In this document: positions 1 to 4,672 of the stretch, piece by piece
Layout of the letters: every line of letters starts with the position of its first letter
Numbering within the stretch: the first letter of the stretch is position 1
DNA from: Candidatus Rifleibacteriota bacterium
GTDB taxonomy: Bacteria; Muiribacteriota; Ozemobacteria; Ozemobacterales; Ozemobacteraceae
Reading direction: 5' to 3'
Length of the DNA: 12,009 bases
Assembly (NCBI GenBank): GCA_051747585.1
Contig: JBNJGH010000101.1
Span: 1-12,009, forward strand
The notes under the pieces: model-generated
What the model was told of the DNA's origin: nothing
Databases searched by the model: none
What the model saw: the letters and a program-made list of their open reading frames with translations, nothing else
Program-made: the position numbers and the translations under genes

Positions 1-210
1 AACCACAGAGCGCACAGAGAACACAGAGAATCTTTTTCAGCCAGGATTTGTCCTGTGGACAAATAGCCGGCGGTTTCACCGCCTGGCTTTTCCTTCTTCA
101 GCAAGCCTTGAGAAAAGCACTCGTGCTTTTCTCAAGGCTTGCTGAAGAAGGAAACAATGGCTGAAAAAGATTAAAAGATCTACTCTGTGCCCTCGGTGGC
201 CTCAGTGGTT
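1..210. repeat. Nested palindromic REP/MITE-like element (multi-branched inverted repeats); may extend left of the window
   Basis: Outer imperfect IR 1-28 / 183-210 (22/28 complementary; CACAGAG repeated at 9-bp period at 4, 13 and 22). Perfect 15-bp IR 29-43 / 158-172. Enclosed hairpins at 46-64 (ATTTGTCC-tgt-GGACAAAT), 65-88 (AGCCGGCGGT-ttc-ACCGCCtGGCT) and 89-154 (perfect 32-bp stem, 2-nt loop). Confidence 0.85.
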
Positions 211-306
211 TAAACTTTTTATTTGCCCTAAAATAAAGTAAAACCATAACTTTTGAAAACCAGCTAATAATAATAAATCGAGAATTCCTGAGAAAAGAGA
301 GGGAAA

Positions 307-335
307 TTGACAGAGCAGGGGGGTTCTGATAGAGT
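307..335 (+). promoter_or_regulatory. Sigma70-type promoter for the zinc-ribbon/TPM operon
   Basis: TTGACA (307-312), 17-bp spacer, extended -10 TG-a-TAGAGT (327-335). An AAGGGG SD-like motif lies just upstream of the GTG at 370. Confidence 0.75.
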
Positions 336-369
336 AATAAACCTGAAACTTCGCTTCAAGGGGTAAACT

Positions 370-1086
370 GTGATACCGGTAAAAAAGCTGATTCCCTTAC
401 AGGAACTGGACCTGAAAATTGACGAGGCTAATATTTCCATTAAGAACAAAAAGCAAAAGGTTTTAAAAATGGAAAAGGAAATTAAAGCTGATGAAGATCT
501 TTGTCAGAAGAAAAAAGCTCTTTTGAAAAAGATTACTTTAAGAAAGAGAGCAGCAGAATCAGAGCTTGACAGTATTAATGAAAAAATAAAAGAAAGCGAT
601 CTGAGACTCAAGGGAGCAGGTTTGAAACCGGCTACCTATTCTGCGCTCGAAAAAGAAATAGCAACCTTGAAAGGAAAAGCCGAAAAACTTGAAACAGCGG
701 TTCTGGAAGACATGGAAAAAATTGATATGCTTCAAAAAGATACCGCAAAGGGTGATAAGGTAATTGCTGGTAGAAAGATTCATCTTGAAGAGATTAGCAA
801 TAGAATTAACGATGATATTTTAGGTATAAAAAAAGATATTGAGAACCTAAGGACGCAACGTTCCCAAATGAGCCTTAAAGTAGAAAGTGATCTACTCGAA
901 AAATACGAAGATTTAAGGCATAACAAAAAAGGGCAGGTAATTTTTGACACTGATAACCCCTCCTGTCCTGCTTGTGGCATGGGTCTGCCGGGTGGTTTCG
1001 TTAACGCAGTCAGCGCTCATGATGAAGCTGAGAAGTGCTCTAACTGCGGGGTGCTTCTACATTGGACGGGCCAGAGAGAGCAATGA
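370..1086 (+). CDS. Coiled-coil protein with C-terminal C4-type zinc ribbon (DUF164 / HP0958 / CT398-like family)
   Basis: N-terminal 'LIPLQELDLKID', a long K/E-rich heptad region, 'LLEKYEDLR', then CPACGMGLP...CSNCGVLL. The 238-aa length is typical of the family, and this family is often found upstream of rnpB. GTG start. Confidence 0.88.
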   Translation: MIPVKKLIPLQELDLKIDEANISIKNKKQKVLKMEKEIKADEDLCQKKKALLKKITLRKRAAESELDSINEKIKESDLRLKGAGLKPATYSALEKEIATLKGKAEKLETAVLEDMEKIDMLQKDTAKGDKVIAGRKIHLEEISNRINDDILGIKKDIENLRTQRSQMSLKVESDLLEKYEDLRHNKKGQVIFDTDNPSCPACGMGLPGGFVNAVSAHDEAEKCSNCGVLLHWTGQREQ

Positions 1087-1961
1087 TTCCTTCAATAAAA
1101 TTCAGAAATTATGCTTTATCGTTCCTTGTTGTTTTGCTGGGTATCGTTTGTTCTGCAAGCCCTTTGCTTGCTCAAAACACCTCTGAGCAGAAGAGCAGTA
1201 GAATAAGCTATAATTTCGTTAATGATGGTGCCGGCATTGTATCTGAAAAAATAAAAAATCAGATAAATCAGATCTGCAATGAAATCGAAAATAATATGCG
1301 AATTCGGGTTCTGATTAAAACCGAAACGCTTGAGGATCTAACTAAAGAGCAGGATAGAGTTGAAAGTTTTTTTTCTGAATGGATTCGCTCAATAGGGCTG
1401 GATAAAAGAGGAATTTTGATTTACGCATTGTTGCCCGAAGGATCGGCCCATGGAAAAGTTCACCTCAGAGTCGGGATAGGGCTTAAATACCTTATTACCA
1501 GAGAAATGGGCGAAAAAATTCTTAATCAGGTAATTTTGCCCAATAATTCTTCTGATAATGATGGACTCGGATTTTTGCAGGGAGTTACCAGTATTAAACG
1601 AATGCTTCTGGATGAACTCAAGCGGGAAGGGCAAAGAAAAGCCGCTCAATCTACTGCTTTTAATTTGCAAAGTTTTATCTGGGCTTCTAAAGAAATTCTA
1701 TTAGCCCTTTTGGTGGCTTTGTTTTTGATTTATGTAATCTTTTTCGTTGAAAGATGTCCCAGATGTAATGGTGCTTTGAAAGTCAGTGTCGAGCCTCTTA
1801 AAGAACCCGGTGAAAATACTCTGGGGTTACGTCGCCGAATTTACGTATGTGAACGTTGTGGCTTTTCAAGAAGAAAAAAAGAGCCTGTTTATCCCCCGGG
1901 AAAAGCCGGTCTTATTATGAGACTGACAGGCACCCGAAGAAATGTTAAAATTAATAAGTAA
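1083..1961 (+). CDS. TPM-domain (TLP18.3/Psb32/MOLO-1, YgcG-like) membrane protein with C-terminal C4 zinc ribbon
   Basis: The ATG at 1083 overlaps the upstream TGA (ATGA) and is preferred over the ORF-track start at 1062. Signal peptide ending in PLLA|Q. TPM motifs 'VNDGAGIVS', 'DKRGILIY', 'LRVGIGLK', 'ILNQVILP'. TM helix ILLALLVALFLIYVIFFV, then CPRC...CERC. Confidence 0.8.
   Translation: MIPSIKFRNYALSFLVVLLGIVCSASPLLAQNTSEQKSSRISYNFVNDGAGIVSEKIKNQINQICNEIENNMRIRVLIKTETLEDLTKEQDRVESFFSEWIRSIGLDKRGILIYALLPEGSAHGKVHLRVGIGLKYLITREMGEKILNQVILPNNSSDNDGLGFLQGVTSIKRMLLDELKREGQRKAAQSTAFNLQSFIWASKEILLALLVALFLIYVIFFVERCPRCNGALKVSVEPLKEPGENTLGLRRRIYVCERCGFSRRKKEPVYPPGKAGLIMRLTGTRRNVKINK
1923..1951 (+). 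promoter_or_regulatory. Putative rnpB promoter inside the 3' end of the TPM gene
   Basis: cTGACA (1923-1928), 17-bp spacer, extended -10 TG-t-TAAAAT (1943-1951). Predicted transcription start ~1958, just before the P1 5' strand at 1967. Confidence 0.6.
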
Positions 1962-1966
1962 GATTT

Positions 1967-2332
1967 AGCAGAGCAGCCGGTCGGTCGCGTCTTGTAAAAG
2001 ATGAGGAAAGTCCGGGCTCCACTGGGCGAGGCGCTGGGTAACACCCAGGCTTTAGAAAAGGAATTTTCTAAAGACGGAAAGTGCAACAGAAAAAATACCG
2101 CCGATGGTCGTTAGACACAGGTAAGGTTGAAATGGTGCGGTAAGAGCGCACCTGTATTCTGGTGACAGAATATGATGGTAAACCCCGCCGGAGCAAGATT
2201 AAACAGGGGAAAGAAGTGGCCCGCTTCGTTTATTACCCCGGGTTGATCGCTTGAGGTCAAAGGTAACTTTGATCCCAGATAGATGACCGACGCCCGCAAG
2301 GGTACAGAACCCGGCTTACAGGCTGCTCTGCT
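1967..2332 (+). ncRNA. rnpB: Bacterial RNase P RNA, type A
   Basis: Conserved regions GAGGAAAGTCCGGGCTCC, GGAAAGTGCAACAGAAA, GGTGCGGTAAGAGCGCACC, GGTAAACCCCGCCGGAGCAAG and ACAGAACCCGGCTTA. P1 pairing AGCAGAGCAGCC (1967-1978) with GGCTGCTCTGCT (2321-2332). P18 (GGTCAAAG-gtaa-CTTTGATC) and a short P19 (CCC-gcaa-GGG) are present. Confidence 0.98.
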
Positions 2333-2340
2333 CTTTCTTT

Positions 2341-3270
2341 CTATCTATTCTTTTGTGACTGCAATGATTTTTTGATAGTTCTCAGCAGAAAAAACGCTCT
2401 TACTATCCAACTTAGGCTGATAAACCCAACAAGACAAGAAAGGGTAATAGTTAATGAGCCTTTTTGTGCTGACTCCGGCGGAGCCCAGTCAAGAGGGGAT
2501 GGGGCTTTGGCAGCATCTGCTCCGCGTAAATACATAATTCGCGGAATAAGTTTGTGGTCTACATCGAAATCTACGTTGTAACCATCTACTGTAAAAGCAA
2601 ACTCAAAGCTGCTCGAGGCAATCACAGCAGTGGCTGAGGCGTTATAATCGCCAAAAGGATAGGAATACCAGGTTATTTGCTGGCCTGATAAGGTGGCAAG
2701 TTCTGATTTGGCATTCTCAAGCTCGTTTAGTAAATTGTCGCCATCTTTAATGATTTTGGTAACTTCATAATGCCGTTTTCCATGAAGCCCGATATGACAG
2801 TCAAAATTATTTTGCAGATCTTTTAAATCAGAAGCTTCTATATAGGTATTTTTACCAATAAAGTCGGTTAATATAAAAAATGCTGACGAAATCTGTTTTT
2901 CTTTATAGAGGCGTTTAATGGCTTCGGCTGATGTTTTAAGGCCATCGTCAAATGTTATCAAGCAGTTGCGTCCGCTAAAGCTTTGCTGATTAAGCTTTTC
3001 CGCAAAAGTCCGGGGGCTTATGAATTTATAATCATGATTCTGAAGTCTGGTTATTATGCTGTTGAGTTTTTCCCAACTTGTTTCCCATGGTTTTATCGGT
3101 TTGTCAGTTATGCCATGAAATGTCAAGACAATAAGGGTCGGTTGCCTTACCTGTTTAAAACCGAGATAAAAGCCAAAACAGGCTGCAAAAACCATTATTA
3201 TTCCAAGTAATATGGAAAAGAAGGCACGACGTTTCAATATCTTAATTTTTTGTGAATTTTGTTCAGGCAT
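2341..3270 (-). CDS. Polysaccharide deacetylase (CE4/NodB domain, IcaB/PgaB-like) with N- and C-terminal TM helices
   Basis: Motifs 'VLTFHGI', 'LITFDDG', 'IGLHGKRH', 'YSYPFGDY', 'AFTV' and 'LIPRI'. Hydrophobic segments at about aa 17-38 and aa 273-296. Confidence 0.9.
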   Translation of the reverse strand: MPEQNSQKIKILKRRAFFSILLGIIMVFAACFGFYLGFKQVRQPTLIVLTFHGITDKPIKPWETSWEKLNSIITRLQNHDYKFISPRTFAEKLNQQSFSGRNCLITFDDGLKTSAEAIKRLYKEKQISSAFFILTDFIGKNTYIEASDLKDLQNNFDCHIGLHGKRHYEVTKIIKDGDNLLNELENAKSELATLSGQQITWYSYPFGDYNASATAVIASSSFEFAFTVDGYNVDFDVDHKLIPRIMYLRGADAAKAPSPLDWAPPESAQKGSLTITLSCLVGFISLSWIVRAFFLLRTIKKSLQSQKNR

Positions 3271-3634
3271 GCTTTTTTATTTCATTTAAAATCAGCTGGC
3301 CAAAGCCTTCAAGCTCAACCAGGCAGGGAAGTAGTTTTATTTCTGTTTGCGGATGGGCATTTTTAAATTCATTTATGAATCCGGGGATATCTTCATTTAC
3401 ATGAGCACCGGGGAGCAGAAAAAGTTGAAAGATATAAACTTTTCTGAATTTCTGGCTCGCAGCATCGGCTAACGCTTGTTTGATATCCGGTTTTTGCCCT
3501 CTCAGGAAACAAAGACCAATTTTGCTGTCAGGGGCTTTTTTCCTTAGAGATTTTACAAATTCTCCTGAAGCAGTAAGAGAGTTTTTTCTGGCGGAGCCAT
3601 GAAAAAGAAGTAAAAATAAAGTTTTATTTTGCAT
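3263..3634 (-). CDS. Small single-domain sirohydrochlorin chelatase (CbiX/SirB family)
   Basis: 'LLLFHGS', 'CFLRGQKPDI' and 'LFLLPGAHVNEDIP' match the class II chelatase motifs, with both metal-binding His residues retained. 123 aa. Overlaps the downstream deacetylase gene by 8 nt. Confidence 0.88.
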   Translation of the reverse strand: MQNKTLFLLLFHGSARKNSLTASGEFVKSLRKKAPDSKIGLCFLRGQKPDIKQALADAASQKFRKVYIFQLFLLPGAHVNEDIPGFINEFKNAHPQTEIKLLPCLVELEGFGQLILNEIKKHA

Positions 3635-3641
3635 GGCAAAA

Positions 3642-3670
3642 ATGATACTTTATTTTACTCTTCAAGTAAA
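3642..3670 (-). promoter_or_regulatory. Possible sigma70 promoter for the chelatase-deacetylase pair (leaderless geometry)
   Basis: Minus strand TTTACT (3670-3665), 17 bp, TATCAT (3647-3642), then 7 nt to the ATG at 3634. No SD is visible. Confidence 0.4.
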
Positions 3671-3682
3671 CAAGGCAGGATT

Positions 3683-4627
3683 ATGATTTTAACAGTTACT
3701 CCCAATCCTCTGCTGGATTATATTTTGCTTCACGATGATATTCCAGGACCCGGAGGAAAAAGAGTTGAAAAAATAGATTGCACTGTCGGTGGCAAGGGTT
3801 TGAATGTTGCCCGTATGCTTAAAACTCTTGGTCGACCGGCATATGCTTTAACTTTTGCCGGTGGTGCCAATGGCGAAAAAATTGCAAATATTTTAAAGCA
3901 GCAGGGTATATCGAATAGTCTTATTAGAACCATTAGCGAAACCAGGGCGGGTATTAATCTCGTTGTTAAGAAGCCGCTTTACCATACATGGTGGATAGAA
4001 AAAGGAAGCGAGCTTGAAAATAACGAAGTTCAAAGTTTTATTGAAGCAATTTTCGAAAATTCAGGTAAAGCTTCTTTTGTTGCCATGTCTGGAACTATAC
4101 CAGGTAAAAAGCATTCAGATTTGTATAAAAAAATACTCGAAGTATTAAAAGATTTTAAAGGCGAAATTTATCTCGATGCCAGAGGAGTTCCGTTAAAACT
4201 TGCCTGCGAGGCTGGGGGGTTCTTTTTGAAGCATAATCGTGACGAAGCCATCGAAACTTTTGCTCTAGATCCTTTTAATCCAAAGGAACAGACAGAATTT
4301 TTCATTCAGCTCAAGCGTTTTAAAGTCTGGAGTGCGTTAATTACCAATGGAAAGTCAGATTCTCTTTATTGGGATGGAAACAAACTAAATGTTTTTTCTT
4401 CTGCTTCATCAAATGTTTTGAGTACTGTTGGTTGTGGCGATGCTACTCTTGCCGGACTTTTGTATGGCAGAGTACAAGGATGGAGCTTTAGCGACTCTGT
4501 TCGCTGGGGTTTGGCTGCCGGGTCTGCTGATTCCGAGAAGGCCGGGCCATGTGAAGCAGACTATGAGTCTGTAAATAGCAGATTTACCCAAATTGAGCTA
4601 ATCGAATCCGCAGAAATTATGGAATAA
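3683..4627 (+). CDS. 1-phosphofructokinase-family hexose-phosphate kinase (PfkB/FruK/LacC-like)
   Basis: Start reassigned to MILTVTPNPLLD (ATG 3683, preceded by AGGCAGGA). Motifs GGKGLNVAR, ETR, SGTIP, LDARG, KHNRDE and the C-terminal PfkB signature STVGCGDATLAG. Confidence 0.9.
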   Translation: MILTVTPNPLLDYILLHDDIPGPGGKRVEKIDCTVGGKGLNVARMLKTLGRPAYALTFAGGANGEKIANILKQQGISNSLIRTISETRAGINLVVKKPLYHTWWIEKGSELENNEVQSFIEAIFENSGKASFVAMSGTIPGKKHSDLYKKILEVLKDFKGEIYLDARGVPLKLACEAGGFFLKHNRDEAIETFALDPFNPKEQTEFFIQLKRFKVWSALITNGKSDSLYWDGNKLNVFSSASSNVLSTVGCGDATLAGLLYGRVQGWSFSDSVRWGLAAGSADSEKAGPCEADYESVNSRFTQIELIESAEIME

Positions 4628-4664
4628 AAAAAGGGTTGCCGCATTTATAACGGCAACTCTTTTT
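4626..4664. terminator. Bidirectional Rho-independent terminator between convergent genes
   Basis: A-tract, GGGTTGCCG, loop, CGGCAACTC, T-tract. It lies between the stops at 4627 (+) and 4673 (-). Confidence 0.85.
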
Positions 4665-4672
4665 AACAGCTT

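Noticed and set aside
1..210. CRISPR array or tRNA
   Set aside because: The repeats are inverted rather than direct repeats with unique spacers, and no cas genes are present. The branched fold has no T-loop/D-loop consensus and the arm sizes are wrong for a tRNA.
318..323. Phase-variable homopolymers (G6 in the promoter spacer; T8 at 9078-9085 and 10460-10467)
   Set aside because: The tracts are short, expected in an AT-rich genome with many Lys codons, and all reading frames are intact.
1062..1082. ORF-track starts at 1062, 3629 and 10611
   Set aside because: Downstream ATGs (1083, 3683, 10584) fit better with translational coupling, SD position, and family or signal-peptide N-termini.
1889..2299. 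Minus-strand ORFs 1889-2086 and 2111-2299
   Set aside because: They are antisense to rnpB and are typical spurious ORF calls over a structured RNA gene.
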